Of a stretch of DNA of 64,000 nt, positions 29,062 to 40,139 are shown piece by piece. Origin of the DNA: a virus; the IMG/VR virus record IMGVR_UViG_3300014914_000004, positions 14,678 to 78,677 of that record, one strand, 5' to 3'. Position 1 is the first letter of the stretch; each line of letters starts with the position of its first letter. Both the position numbers and the translations under genes were made by a program. The notes under the pieces are model-generated. The model did not search any database, had not been told where the DNA came from, and worked only from the letters and a program-made list of their open reading frames with translations.

Positions 29062-32000
29062 TGGCGAAAGACTTCACGAATTACACTGTAAACATGCCCC
29101 ACCAGGCTGCGTGGCTCGTCTACATCAACGGGATTGAGATTCCTGTAGTATCGGTAGACGTAGACTTTGGTGTGTGGATGATTCCCGAAGTACGTATAAC
29201 GATGGTCCCCCATGTCATTCTTCAGCGTATAGGGTATGAAGACAGGTTGCAGGTTAGTGTGTGGTACCTGGATGAGTGGTTTGCCCCGGACAACCCAGAG
29301 TTTAAGATAATGGGTGAGTTTGAATGTACAGGGTGGAGCTACACTAATTCTGGCCAGTCCCGATTCATACAGCTTAATTGTCGGGCGCAGACGCAGATAA
29401 TGGAGCAGCTCCACTTCTACTACATGTCTGCCGTGGACGATATGGTGACTAGCCTGTCTCCTGCTACGGGGCAGAACCCTAACATGTATTCACAGTCTAT
29501 GGTGTACTACCCTGCATCATTGTTCTTGCATGGGATGGTAAAGAAAACTGTGGAGAGTGTTGCGGCACCTGCACCTGCACCTGCGCCGGCAGCAGCAGCT
29601 AGTACTGGGGGTGCATCTATTGGAGGGTCGGGGGCAGCTGCGACGGGTACCCCAAAAGACAGCGCGACTACGTCGACAAGTACAGTGGCAGAAGCAACTA
29701 CTACTACTTCTGCAACGGACGCGCTTGCGGCCATTCCGGCTAACGTAGTGGCTCCCGAAGACTTCGTTAGAAGTCCTTTTGAGTTTATCTCCAATATTTT
29801 TAAAGCATTGCTCTCAGAGATTGACACTGATAATTCGTCCCCAAGTAAAGCTGCTCCAGGAAAGATACCGGCAGATGCAGCATCTGTTCCTGGGCGTAAT
29901 TTCTTTGCACGGTGGATGAACTTTACTGATTTTAGGCGTAGGTGGGCAGGTCTCCCGTTCTTCGACAGTCCTGACGCACAGACGATGGATGGGTGCTTCC
30001 CTCTGATTAAAGCGGTACAGGCCACAGAAGTACTTTCTGCGTTACAGCAGCAGCTGGGGCAAAGTATTGGTCAAGCCGGCAGCATGTGGGAGCTTTTGAA
30101 GTCCATCTATACTACTATGTACATGGAGATTGTGACAATCCCTGCGCCTCCTGCGGTTTCTATCCAAAAAGGAACAGGCCTGTTGAAGGGTCCTATACGG
30201 CGTAAAAAGGGTGGCACAGTTATTCGGAATGGCACCTCAGAATTCGGAGGTATCCTTCACCACATAGTTAAGCCTCAGTGTATATTTGGATTACCGCCGA
30301 CATGTAACATCATATTTCCTTCCATGATTAAGAGCTATACCTTTCAGGAAGACTACATGTCGCAGCCTACTCGAATGTATTTAGGTGAGAAGTACATGTC
30401 GAATATTCTAAATGCCGGAGCTACGGGGAGTCCTCAGGCGCTGGTAGGAGAGCTACTAACTACAGGATACCCTCCGGTAGTACGTGAGCGCATGCAGCAG
30501 TATATTGCAGACCCTAAGCAGAACACTAAGAATTTTTTAGTGTACCCGGAAGAACTCTACAAAGGGCCGGTTACTGCACAAAAAAATGCCCCGCCGTGGT
30601 TGTGGATGCTCGAGCAGAAGCATAAAGCGCAAGTTACTGCCGGTGCGACATACACTACTGGAGAATGGTTCAGTATGAGTCGCCGTAAGGTTAAGGAGGC
30701 GATCAAACCTTTAGTGGCTTCGCTGGCAGGGAAGGTAGGGATACCTGTAGCACACGTATTTACAGTTATATCTATTGAGTCAGGTTTCGTAGTGAACGAT
30801 ACGTCTAAAACAGGGGCCCAAGGTCTTATGCAACTGCAGCCGTTTGTGGCTGAGGTAAAAAACGCTGCCGGGAAGGTAATAGTGACGGGGCGAGTATCTA
30901 CGATAGATTCCACGTACAATTTGGCACGAAAGTACTTCGGATGGCAGGGACAGCCTCGTAGCGCCATAAACGCGTACGACCCCCCTACTGCATTGAAATT
31001 AGGAATAGCGTATATCAAATTTGCAGTGGATTGTGAGACAAAAGCTAACGGAAAAAAGCCGAACTTAAACAATCCAAATGACCCTGGAACACGCAGAGTT
31101 ATTGGGTCATACCTGATAGGTGCCACGAAACGCAGTCCTATTTGGAAGTTAAAGTTTAAGCCTAACGGGAAGGCGTATTTTGATCCGGCAGATAAAGTAA
31201 AGTCGACGAATAACTATATGATCGAGAACACTGATACGCGTATGGCCAATTACACGAAGCGGTGGGAGAAGTACAAGGATGCGGATCTGGCACCTAAAGC
31301 GACCACGGCATCGACAGCGTCTAACCCCGCACAAGTTGAGCCTGAGGGGGAAGATGCTGAACCCCAAACTACTGAAGCGACTCCGGCAGAGGCAGCACTT
31401 AAAGCGGCTTATGTTCCTGCAGATCGGGGCAGTGCTCTAGGTCGACTATTCTCTTTGTATGCACGCTACGAGTATTATCGTGCAAGGTTTGAGAGTCGGT
31501 CCGGTGGAGTCGTGATGCCGTTAAACCCTTATATTGTACCGGGCTTTTCGGCTGTAATTTTCGATGAGAAGACCTCAGGTTTTGACACCTTCGGATATGT
31601 AACTAAGGTCAGCCACAGTATGTCCGTCATGGGGGGAAGTCCTTCGATGATGACGACCGTTAATTTTGCATTTGCAAGGTCCTTCTCTGAATTTATTAAG
31701 CAGGTACACTCCGGGGTGGAAGAGGCGGATGCAGGTACCGATATGCTTAACTTTGACTGTGCGCCGTCCGAGCCTATCCCAAGTGTAGGAGAAGTATTCC
31801 AGACGCTAACGAAAGCTTCCTCTCTGTACCGCGATTTGTTTTATCCTGGCACAACTAAAGAGACAGTGTTTGATTGGGAAAACTCAGTAGATGTTTGCGA
31901 CCTTGATGGGAAGGCTTTGAATCTAGTGGGGGATGGGTACGTATTTGAGGAGGGCTTGGTTATTAAGCCTAACTACAGGTATCTTGATGAGTTCAGAGCA

Positions 32001-32420
32001 GCGGATGCAGCAATGTTCTATATTGCGCGACCCGTGTGTACCTTACGCGACTATATAGAGTTGCGGCATGGGCGAAGTATTAAGGCGCTCACTAAAGAAG
32101 GTAATGTTGTTAAAGGGATGGATAAATCTTATTACCACGAACTTAAGTCTGGAAGAAAAGGTCCACTCAAGGGAGGGGCGACATTTTGGGGACGCATAGA
32201 CGCGTACGTACAGGGACCAGGTCGCCCTGACAGCGAGACGATACAAAGAGTTACCAATATGGGAACGAGTCCAGACTATACTCCAAATCCTGATGGGAGT
32301 TGGGATATAATTACTGCAATTAAAGGGATACCCCAGACGCGCAAGAATTGGGACAGGGCGCTGAGACGGTACCGGGCGATAGTGCGCGGTGAAGGTAGGC
32401 ATGCTGCACCGCAGCTGTAG
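29061..32420 (+). CDS. Baseplate hub-like protein with inserted lytic transglycosylase (SLT) domain
   Basis: VYINGIEIPV N-terminus; NPYIVPGF and GYVTKVSHS hub-like C-terminus; ISIESGF and GAQGLMQL SLT motifs. Confidence 0.7.
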   Translation: MAKDFTNYTVNMPHQAAWLVYINGIEIPVVSVDVDFGVWMIPEVRITMVPHVILQRIGYEDRLQVSVWYLDEWFAPDNPEFKIMGEFECTGWSYTNSGQSRFIQLNCRAQTQIMEQLHFYYMSAVDDMVTSLSPATGQNPNMYSQSMVYYPASLFLHGMVKKTVESVAAPAPAPAPAAAASTGGASIGGSGAAATGTPKDSATTSTSTVAEATTTTSATDALAAIPANVVAPEDFVRSPFEFISNIFKALLSEIDTDNSSPSKAAPGKIPADAASVPGRNFFARWMNFTDFRRRWAGLPFFDSPDAQTMDGCFPLIKAVQATEVLSALQQQLGQSIGQAGSMWELLKSIYTTMYMEIVTIPAPPAVSIQKGTGLLKGPIRRKKGGTVIRNGTSEFGGILHHIVKPQCIFGLPPTCNIIFPSMIKSYTFQEDYMSQPTRMYLGEKYMSNILNAGATGSPQALVGELLTTGYPPVVRERMQQYIADPKQNTKNFLVYPEELYKGPVTAQKNAPPWLWMLEQKHKAQVTAGATYTTGEWFSMSRRKVKEAIKPLVASLAGKVGIPVAHVFTVISIESGFVVNDTSKTGAQGLMQLQPFVAEVKNAAGKVIVTGRVSTIDSTYNLARKYFGWQGQPRSAINAYDPPTALKLGIAYIKFAVDCETKANGKKPNLNNPNDPGTRRVIGSYLIGATKRSPIWKLKFKPNGKAYFDPADKVKSTNNYMIENTDTRMANYTKRWEKYKDADLAPKATTASTASNPAQVEPEGEDAEPQTTEATPAEAALKAAYVPADRGSALGRLFSLYARYEYYRARFESRSGGVVMPLNPYIVPGFSAVIFDEKTSGFDTFGYVTKVSHSMSVMGGSPSMMTTVNFAFARSFSEFIKQVHSGVEEADAGTDMLNFDCAPSEPIPSVGEVFQTLTKASSLYRDLFYPGTTKETVFDWENSVDVCDLDGKALNLVGDGYVFEEGLVIKPNYRYLDEFRAADAAMFYIARPVCTLRDYIELRHGRSIKALTKEGNVVKGMDKSYYHELKSGRKGPLKGGATFWGRIDAYVQGPGRPDSETIQRVTNMGTSPDYTPNPDGSWDIITAIKGIPQTRKNWDRALRRYRAIVRGEGRHAAPQL

Positions 32421-32427
32421 GTGATAT

Positions 32428-33126
32428 ATGTATGAGCGACAACAACAGGACCTGGATCTTTGGAGACAGTGGCGCAAAAACAATAGGCAGAAAGATCTTA
32501 GCGCACTTTTAACCCAGTTGAATCCTGTAATCCAAAAGGAAGTGGGAAAGTGGGGATCCACTGTTCCTAAGGCAGGGTTAGAGGCCAGAGCTACGATATT
32601 GGCGGTAGACGCGCTCAAGCAGTATGACCCTAATAAAGGAGCAGCGGTAGCTACACACGTTACTAGTAGGATTCGAAAGCTCTCTCGGCACGTATATCCC
32701 TATCAGAATGTTGCACGTCTTCCGGAGAACAAACAGCTGGAGTACAACACTTTTCAGGTAGCGAACAACCGCCTCTTAGATAACCTGGGACGGGACCCTA
32801 CCGTAGACGAGCTGACGGATGAGCTTGGATGGTCTAAGAAGAAAGTAACCGCTTCGCAACAATCATTTGACCGCAAGGAAATTGTGGAGTCCGTAGGTGC
32901 GTATATGGATGATGGACAGGCGCAGGAGCCTACAGTGGATTTCTACTACCATGGCCTGGCACCCACAGATCGTAAATTATTTGAGGACATTACGGGGTAC
33001 AATAACCAGAAGTCCATGTCGAACAAAGGTATTATGCGTAAGTACGATCTTACTCAGGGGCAGGTTAGCTACCGTAAGCGTAAGTTCGTAGATGATTTAC
33101 GGAATATACAGCAAGGACGGTTTTAG
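32428..33126 (+). CDS. Phage sigma70-family RNA polymerase sigma factor
   Basis: ALKQYDPNKGAAVATHV (region 2), LGRDPTVDELTDELGW (region 3), HTH-like C-terminus. Confidence 0.85.
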   Translation: MYERQQQDLDLWRQWRKNNRQKDLSALLTQLNPVIQKEVGKWGSTVPKAGLEARATILAVDALKQYDPNKGAAVATHVTSRIRKLSRHVYPYQNVARLPENKQLEYNTFQVANNRLLDNLGRDPTVDELTDELGWSKKKVTASQQSFDRKEIVESVGAYMDDGQAQEPTVDFYYHGLAPTDRKLFEDITGYNNQKSMSNKGIMRKYDLTQGQVSYRKRKFVDDLRNIQQGRF

Positions 33127-34535
33127 TGCCTTTAAATCCTAACCAGCTTCAGGCTCTGTTAGACGCCGAGAATGAAAATCTCACTTCGGGACGGTACCTG
33201 GCAGACCATACTATCTTTGACGCCAATGATGGTGCAGGAGAACCTGATGATCCTAGCTGGCTTCAGATTTTAGGTGATTTCGCAGGGTACCTACAGCAGA
33301 ACGTAATGGCGTTTATGAATGCCGGGACGTTAGAGACTGCAGAGATGGCGTGGCGAAAGCGCATGTTGAATTCTCAGGGATTCCCTCCGGATGTAAAAGT
33401 GCGCTATACGTACGCCGCACCTGGAGCATATGTTCCGTGGACAGGGGAAGATAATCGGGAGATTAAGCAGGTAGTACTGCACTCTTTTGGGCAGCAGTGG
33501 CATGCTTTTAAGTCAGGCGGTAAATGGTTAGGGAAGCTAAATAATACGGCGACCCGCAGAGTGTACCGTCCATACACTGAAGGAGAAGCAGAGATCTCTG
33601 AGAGTGTGTGGATTCCTAAGGGGACAGATCCCGCTAAAGGGTACGCTCAATGGGAACGCTTCTCGTCTGCTCTTAGAGCTGTGGTATCCGCACCTCAGCC
33701 TGTAACCGCAGTACACTATATGATAGATCGTGCAGGTAATTTGTATGTGATGGCAGACTGTAACGATATTCTCAATTCGTCAGGAGCCCTGAGCGACACC
33801 TGTGTGTCTATTGGCCTGGAAGAAGCCTTGTACCTTCCCACTACTGAGGAAGAGGCTACGTGGCTCCCAGGAGGCACGCCTCCAGGAACCGAGGGGACGG
33901 TTCGGCATTGGGACTACTCAGCGTATCAGTACCGGACACTCGCTATTCTGATTAAGAAGCTGCAAAATGGACTCCCAACACTGCAGACCACTACACATAC
34001 TACAGGGAAAACTGCAGATGCTTCCTTTACGGGATACACTATGCACGGGCATATCGCAGATTCTGCCAGCGACATTGTAGATGTTTCACCTCATTTTCAA
34101 GAAGAGAGTGACTGGGATAACTTTTTTGCCTTAGTGGAGCAGCAAGGACATGTTGATGAGTTTCTTACATGGACAAAGAAGCGTCCTGGAGTAGAGGGGC
34201 GGTTACAGTGGGTAGAGGAGATTGTCAGCTCTTTGGGCCCTGATGTGCGAGGACTAACTCAAGGTATCATGGTCAATCCCTCCGTAAATATTTTGACGGG
34301 AATACTTCGAACCCATCAGGAGATAAATAAATCCAGAGGTGATTACCGGACAGAAGCTGCGACACGGACAGCTAACGAGAGTATAATACAGAAACAACGG
34401 CAGAGTATCGGAGTACAATTGGATGTTGCGCAGGAGAGTCCGACCGTTGTTCCTTCTAGCTTGGAAGGGGACATAGAAGATATTACGCTGGAAGACAGCA
34501 GGAGTACTGGCGTAGACTCAGAGGGACTGTACTAA
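33126..34535 (+). CDS. N-acetylmuramoyl-L-alanine amidase (Amidase_2-like) domain protein
   Basis: VVLHS, VHYMIDRAG, SIGLE, HGH and DVSP motifs. Confidence 0.7.
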   Translation: MPLNPNQLQALLDAENENLTSGRYLADHTIFDANDGAGEPDDPSWLQILGDFAGYLQQNVMAFMNAGTLETAEMAWRKRMLNSQGFPPDVKVRYTYAAPGAYVPWTGEDNREIKQVVLHSFGQQWHAFKSGGKWLGKLNNTATRRVYRPYTEGEAEISESVWIPKGTDPAKGYAQWERFSSALRAVVSAPQPVTAVHYMIDRAGNLYVMADCNDILNSSGALSDTCVSIGLEEALYLPTTEEEATWLPGGTPPGTEGTVRHWDYSAYQYRTLAILIKKLQNGLPTLQTTTHTTGKTADASFTGYTMHGHIADSASDIVDVSPHFQEESDWDNFFALVEQQGHVDEFLTWTKKRPGVEGRLQWVEEIVSSLGPDVRGLTQGIMVNPSVNILTGILRTHQEINKSRGDYRTEAATRTANESIIQKQRQSIGVQLDVAQESPTVVPSSLEGDIEDITLEDSRSTGVDSEGLY

Positions 34536-34981
34536 TGACGTACGACATACACTTCCAACCAGTTCCAGCAGACGAGGCCAAGAGCCTTAAGGTATATACT
34601 TTCGGATTCGAAGCTGCACTAAAGGTTCGTGGTCCTCAGGCTTTGGTTAATCGTTGGGCAAAAACGTTTTTGACTCCTTTAAGTAGTGACCCTAGAGACC
34701 CTGGAGCAGGGACGGAGTTTGCACGCATAATAGGTGGTAACTTCAGCTTGCACTCTCCTGAGATGCAGGACGTGATAGTCATTGCAATAGAAGAAGCTAA
34801 CGACCAGGTACGCCAACAGGACCTGGATGGACACTATGATGCTGACGAAATGTTGGAGACGGCAACACTTAAGACGTTACAAGTGAGTTCACAAGGGGAC
34901 GGCATAGATGTTTGGATTGAGATATACAATCGAGAGGATCAGAGGCTCACTGTCTATCTTGCGAATATGGGCACGAGGTAA
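34535..34981 (+). CDS. Baseplate wedge protein, gp25-like
   Basis: 148 aa; FLTPLSSDPRDPGAGT motif; directly upstream of the J-like gene. Confidence 0.65.
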   Translation: MTYDIHFQPVPADEAKSLKVYTFGFEAALKVRGPQALVNRWAKTFLTPLSSDPRDPGAGTEFARIIGGNFSLHSPEMQDVIVIAIEEANDQVRQQDLDGHYDADEMLETATLKTLQVSSQGDGIDVWIEIYNREDQRLTVYLANMGTR

Positions 34982-34984
34982 GCT

Positions 34985-37135
34985 ATGATAGAGATTTCAG
35001 AGATTGAAGTAATAGAATCAGATCTTGATGATGCCGAGTTGTTCCTAACTGAGTACCTTACGGAGAAAGTTCCTGACGGAAACTTTAGCCAGGGAGGGGC
35101 TATCCGGGATCTGGCTATTAAAGCTTTTGCGTATATCTATGCGTATCTGCGCGGAGAAGCAGATAGAATTGCGCTCTTACAATCTGTAATGCGCATAACC
35201 GAGGAGCTACAAGAGACCTCTGAGACTGTAACTGTGGGTGATGAGACTTACGACGTGGCTCAGGCAGTTGATGAGGTTATGTCTAACTGGTTTGTCACTC
35301 GAAGAGGAGGGACGTACTCGTATGTTACGGGGCTCCTTCACTTCAGTGAGCGGACTACTGTTCGCATTATGAAAGACACCAAGTTCTGGAAGACAGCTGC
35401 TCTGGCGTTTTACATAGACTCAGAAGATGATCCTTATGTTGTGGCGGAGTCTTCGATGCTCCCGCGATTCGACTCAAAGGGTACGTTAATTGACTACGTG
35501 GTAGGCGTACCTTTGCGCTCTGCACTTACAGATACTTCTTATGATGTGAATGCGGGTAAGTTTTATAAAGTTGATGCTCCAGGAGGGCTCCCTTATTTTT
35601 CTTACGCTGAAAATACTGAGAAGGCGTCAGGTGGAGAGAGCATAGAGTCCAGTGCGGATATGTTGGACCGAGCGACTACTGCGATCTCTGTTCGAAACCT
35701 GATTAATAATCGGTCCTGCGACGCCACGTTAATGGAGCTGTTCCCCGATATTACGTCTACCCTGACTATCGGGATGGCTGAGCCGGAGATGATTCGGGAC
35801 AGAAAAACTGAGATTGCGCGACACATAAGGCTCCATACTGGCGGCTGTTACGATACGTATCTGGAGATGCCCACCATCCAGGTGGAAGAGAGCGGTCCTG
35901 TCGCGGGTTTCTACCCTAGACCGGATAATATTGTAAGTGTGTTCAGGGATCCAGAGCTGACGTACGACACGGCTACTTTCGTGGCACTGGGAGTTAAGGC
36001 AGGACACATACTCTTTATCCGGGATGGGATTGCCGGAGTTCCTCGTGGGTTTCAGATTGTTCTGGTGACTGACCACGAGCTTTACATCAGTGAGGCGGCG
36101 GCATTCCCGGAAGCGTCAGACGAGCTTTTACTGAATGAAGTGTATTATTCCATTGGATGGTTTTATCCTGATTTTAACCAGTTGGATTTCGACCCCGGAC
36201 CCGGAACTCTGTACGAACGTACTGCAGCGCCGAGTGCTAATCCTTTATACGCCCACATCTCTGCAGGCACCTCTAGGCACATTAGTCGGCAGGGTGTTTT
36301 CGTTCTATCTGGGAGACCTGTACTGGACATCATAAGTGTAGAGATTACAGACCCTGATAGCGCTGATGCGGCTATCATAGATCCATCGTCAGGTACTATT
36401 CGGTTCACCAATAGAGTAAACGCGCCGCCCATTGCAGCGTCTCTGGTAGGAACTTCACAGTATCAGCTGGAATGTATCAATCATCCAAAAGCCCAATCAG
36501 GCCAAGCAGTGTACTGTCTTAGAGTAGGGTACCTAACAAATCCCTCTAAGTTTGACGGTAAGAACCTGAAAGTAACGTACCAGTCTCTCCGGGATTTTAA
36601 TGGGCCTGCTAATTGGGTAGAGAGAGTTGACGTACGTGTGTCCGCAGCGAACCATTTAGCTAAATCCAGGCACCCCATTTGGATCTCTATGACTATTCCA
36701 TACAGACACAAAGCTACTGCAGGGTCTTTCCTGGATGAAGCCGATGCGGCTGAAACCGTTTCATCTTTTATAAACGATTTCGACGCAAATGACACCTTGG
36801 ACATGTCGGATATAATGACAGAGCTACGTAATACGTACGACGTACTGGATGCAGTGTTTCCTTTTGACATCTACTACACATTGTATTCTGCGGATGGGCA
36901 GATTCTGACGTACAGGACAACAGATATCGTCTCTATATTTTCTATGGTGTCTAATGGTGTAGCATTAATTAATAGTGCAGACATTGTTGTACCTGCCGAG
37001 ATGCAGGAAGCGGGGATTACTGTTATTAGTACCGACGATGATTTGAGCTATTACTATTTGCTGATGGGAATATCTGATAGGACAGTAAATTACCGGACTA
37101 AAGTGTCACTCATAACATTTGCGATGCAGGGGTAG
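34985..37135 (+). CDS. Baseplate J-like wedge protein
   Basis: GGAIRDL, NWFVTRRGG, ASGGESIES and gene order. Confidence 0.7.
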   Translation: MIEISEIEVIESDLDDAELFLTEYLTEKVPDGNFSQGGAIRDLAIKAFAYIYAYLRGEADRIALLQSVMRITEELQETSETVTVGDETYDVAQAVDEVMSNWFVTRRGGTYSYVTGLLHFSERTTVRIMKDTKFWKTAALAFYIDSEDDPYVVAESSMLPRFDSKGTLIDYVVGVPLRSALTDTSYDVNAGKFYKVDAPGGLPYFSYAENTEKASGGESIESSADMLDRATTAISVRNLINNRSCDATLMELFPDITSTLTIGMAEPEMIRDRKTEIARHIRLHTGGCYDTYLEMPTIQVEESGPVAGFYPRPDNIVSVFRDPELTYDTATFVALGVKAGHILFIRDGIAGVPRGFQIVLVTDHELYISEAAAFPEASDELLLNEVYYSIGWFYPDFNQLDFDPGPGTLYERTAAPSANPLYAHISAGTSRHISRQGVFVLSGRPVLDIISVEITDPDSADAAIIDPSSGTIRFTNRVNAPPIAASLVGTSQYQLECINHPKAQSGQAVYCLRVGYLTNPSKFDGKNLKVTYQSLRDFNGPANWVERVDVRVSAANHLAKSRHPIWISMTIPYRHKATAGSFLDEADAAETVSSFINDFDANDTLDMSDIMTELRNTYDVLDAVFPFDIYYTLYSADGQILTYRTTDIVSIFSMVSNGVALINSADIVVPAEMQEAGITVISTDDDLSYYYLLMGISDRTVNYRTKVSLITFAMQG

Positions 37136-37138
37136 GTA

Positions 37139-40099
37139 ATGCCACACCCATTCGACATAGGGGACTACGGCTCTTCGTTAATGCGCGGGCTCTCAGGTTT
37201 TTGGTTAAGGTTTTTCCGGGACACCGAGGATCTGGAGGCGTATTACCAAGCCTCAGAACAGTACCTCGGTCAGGTGTACCTGGATCTCCTCAGTAATGTA
37301 TTGAGTGTGAGTGTCGTAGACACTCCAATCTTTAATAAGGAATATTGGAAGCTATTCCTCGTGGGTGAGAACGAGATATCCTTTTCACAAGGACTGTCTG
37401 TAGCGGAGAACAGGTATCGCTATGATATGCCTGGCCCAATTGTAGATGCTAATGTGCTGCAGAATACTATCTTCGAACCAGATATTACATTTGAGCGTGG
37501 CGTGGATTTCGACACCCAGGACGATGATGGGTATGTACGTTTTATGGCAGATCCGTTCAGGGAGTATTTTGACATCACGGCACAGGAATGGCTCCCTCGT
37601 CCAGGGCTTGGATGGAGGTGGCAGACTATAGAGGTAGGGAACAACTTTGTAGACCTACGCAGGACAGCAGGAGAGGATTGGCGAGAGGATACTGATGTTA
37701 AGCGCGGAGATACACTCAGGCTTTTGGCTTATGCAGGAGCCCAGCAGCAGACAGGGACTACGGGACAAGTACTCTTTTTGGGAGGTACTTCGATTTTCAG
37801 AGACCTTGCTACCCCTGCAGCGTTTAACGAGACTCATGTGGGAGATATTATCCAAGTGTACGAGGACCCCTCGAGTCCTGATTACATAGGATATTACGTC
37901 GTAAAGGAGGTTAATCCTCTTTCTCCTACACAAGCTGTTCTCGAGGAAGTGTACGGTGCGCCGCAGATAACGAGTGCTGCAACGCTGTACTGGAGGCACT
38001 ACAAAGGACTGTACTTTGATGCCTTCGACGAAGATTATGAGATCGATTACATTAGGAATGAGTTCCTAGTGGGAAACAGTGACGCCCCGTACACTCTACA
38101 GTACGACGCGCCCATAGTGTACGCCGTAGTCCGAGACCCCGCAGACAACGACGAGGTTGGAGTCACTCTCAGCCCATACCCTACTGCAACATTTGTGGGA
38201 CATAAACATTTGGTACCTGGAAGCGTGAAGGTTTTTGCCTCCAGGAATGACGGGTTTGCTGTAGAAGAAGGGGTAGATTACACGATTGACTATTTACGGG
38301 GTACAGTACATCCCGTGCAATACCTGTTGCCGGCACCTCCTGGAGATCTTACACAGCCTGATTGGAGCCCAACTTCTCCTATAAACAAGTGCAGCTATCA
38401 GTACAAAGAAGAGGTGTTGTTAGGGGCCGGAGGTAATGTTTCCGAGCAGACAGAAGGTCAGGTTCGCCAGATCTCACTGTGGGTTCCTGAAGTGTCCGTA
38501 GACCGTTTTCTTCTGTATGAGAATTTCGGGTATCTCCTCAATCGCTTTGCAGCTTCGTCAGAGGCGTACAAGGCTTTCTTGAGGGGGATCATGTACCTGT
38601 ACGTATCTGGTCCGATTATCTACCGTATAAATGCAGCTTTGAATGTCGCTGCAGGCTTCCCGGTAATAAGTTCAGATGGAGAGATCCTGCTAGGGTACGA
38701 TAATGGGATGTACGGGGAAGGCGCTGACGGGCAGATCTTTGCAGGTACAGACCAGTTCACGACGCCTTCGTACACGTTCACTGAGCTTGATGTTGGAGGT
38801 CACGTAGTTTTCCCTGATCCAGCTAACGACGCTAACCGGGGGAGCTTCCGCATTCTGGAGTGTATAGATGCTAATACGGTTTCTCTGGAGTCCGAGTTTG
38901 GTCTGGCCAATGAGGGTCCCCCACTTAATTGGGAAGTTACGCGGACAAACACAAAGGTAGTGTCTACGAAGACAGCTGCGGGACGCACCAAAGACTACGT
39001 TTACCCTTACGACGTTACAATGTTGGACCTTGTATTGGACGAGGACAACTATGACGTACTGGTTTTGAATGCGTTTGACTATCTGACAGAAGCGTTCAAC
39101 GTTGTTGATTATATTGAAGACCCACAGTGGTGGGTTAACAAGTATGTTCCGGACATCCTTTGGCGCAATCAGTCGGCGGCCAGGCGTCTCGCTTCCGATG
39201 AATTGTTTCCCAACATTATCGGGGCTCCCGATGACGCACAGATAGGAGACCCTGGGCTATTTATCGGGGCCGATGACGAGGGGAATACGTACACTCCAAT
39301 AGACCCGTACACGACTTTACCTACGGATATTTATCGACACACCGCAGCATTCATGTTGTTTGATAGGTACCTTAAGTTCCATATGTTCTACATTGGGATA
39401 GACAACAGTGTGGATCTGGATACCCAGTTCCTCGAAGATTTAGAAGAGCTCATCTTAGTAGTGAAGCCTTCATATACCTATCCCTACGTGGAACCAGGGG
39501 ATGCCTTTTTTGACACAGGAACATTGTGGGATACGTTTGTGCACCATATCACCATGGATTGGACAGGAGTCAACGGTGACAACGTTCAAGTTGCAGACGA
39601 CGCCACCTGGGTAATCGGAGGTCCTTTTAGTATTGGGGACTACTTCAGATACGTAACGTATACAGGGCAGCCTACAGGGCAGCCCAGTCCTCCTGCAGCA
39701 GTCTTTACTCTTCCTGTGGGGGCAAACGAACGCGTACTGGTACTTAGGTTTAATGCTACAGTGGACGGAGGGACTCGAGAGCCCTTAGAAGGAGTGGACT
39801 ACACCTTCGACTACGACCCGATGTCTCCCACTAAGTGGCAGGTCACACTGATCGGAACGTCAGTTTGGGACGGAGCTTCTATCTTGTCTTTCGAAGCATT
39901 AGTGATTGATATGACAAATATATCATTAGGCCTTCCGAATACTGTCATAGGGTACACACCTTTGTCCGTAGGGATAACGTCTCCAGGTTACGTACGTGAA
40001 ACGTTGGCACCTATCCCAAACATCACAGAATTTGTTGATAGGGCGCTGAGCCTGCGTATTGATGCGAACTATCCGATGGGTGTATCCTATACTTATTAA
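37139..40099 (+). CDS. Baseplate wedge / tail structural protein
   Basis: Follows the J-like gene; EGVDYT repeats; VKPSYT motif. Confidence 0.6.
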   Translation: MPHPFDIGDYGSSLMRGLSGFWLRFFRDTEDLEAYYQASEQYLGQVYLDLLSNVLSVSVVDTPIFNKEYWKLFLVGENEISFSQGLSVAENRYRYDMPGPIVDANVLQNTIFEPDITFERGVDFDTQDDDGYVRFMADPFREYFDITAQEWLPRPGLGWRWQTIEVGNNFVDLRRTAGEDWREDTDVKRGDTLRLLAYAGAQQQTGTTGQVLFLGGTSIFRDLATPAAFNETHVGDIIQVYEDPSSPDYIGYYVVKEVNPLSPTQAVLEEVYGAPQITSAATLYWRHYKGLYFDAFDEDYEIDYIRNEFLVGNSDAPYTLQYDAPIVYAVVRDPADNDEVGVTLSPYPTATFVGHKHLVPGSVKVFASRNDGFAVEEGVDYTIDYLRGTVHPVQYLLPAPPGDLTQPDWSPTSPINKCSYQYKEEVLLGAGGNVSEQTEGQVRQISLWVPEVSVDRFLLYENFGYLLNRFAASSEAYKAFLRGIMYLYVSGPIIYRINAALNVAAGFPVISSDGEILLGYDNGMYGEGADGQIFAGTDQFTTPSYTFTELDVGGHVVFPDPANDANRGSFRILECIDANTVSLESEFGLANEGPPLNWEVTRTNTKVVSTKTAAGRTKDYVYPYDVTMLDLVLDEDNYDVLVLNAFDYLTEAFNVVDYIEDPQWWVNKYVPDILWRNQSAARRLASDELFPNIIGAPDDAQIGDPGLFIGADDEGNTYTPIDPYTTLPTDIYRHTAAFMLFDRYLKFHMFYIGIDNSVDLDTQFLEDLEELILVVKPSYTYPYVEPGDAFFDTGTLWDTFVHHITMDWTGVNGDNVQVADDATWVIGGPFSIGDYFRYVTYTGQPTGQPSPPAAVFTLPVGANERVLVLRFNATVDGGTREPLEGVDYTFDYDPMSPTKWQVTLIGTSVWDGASILSFEALVIDMTNISLGLPNTVIGYTPLSVGITSPGYVRETLAPIPNITEFVDRALSLRIDANYPMGVSYTY

Positions 40100-40139
40100 A
40101 GCGTGTGTGGTATTGTAGTCGAAACATAAAGAGGGTTAA

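Noticed and set aside
39647-39662. ATAC-GTAAC-GTAT as a third copy of the GTAAC stem-loop
   Set aside because: Only 4 bp, inside a coding region, and lacks the upstream CCT loop and flanking inverted repeat.
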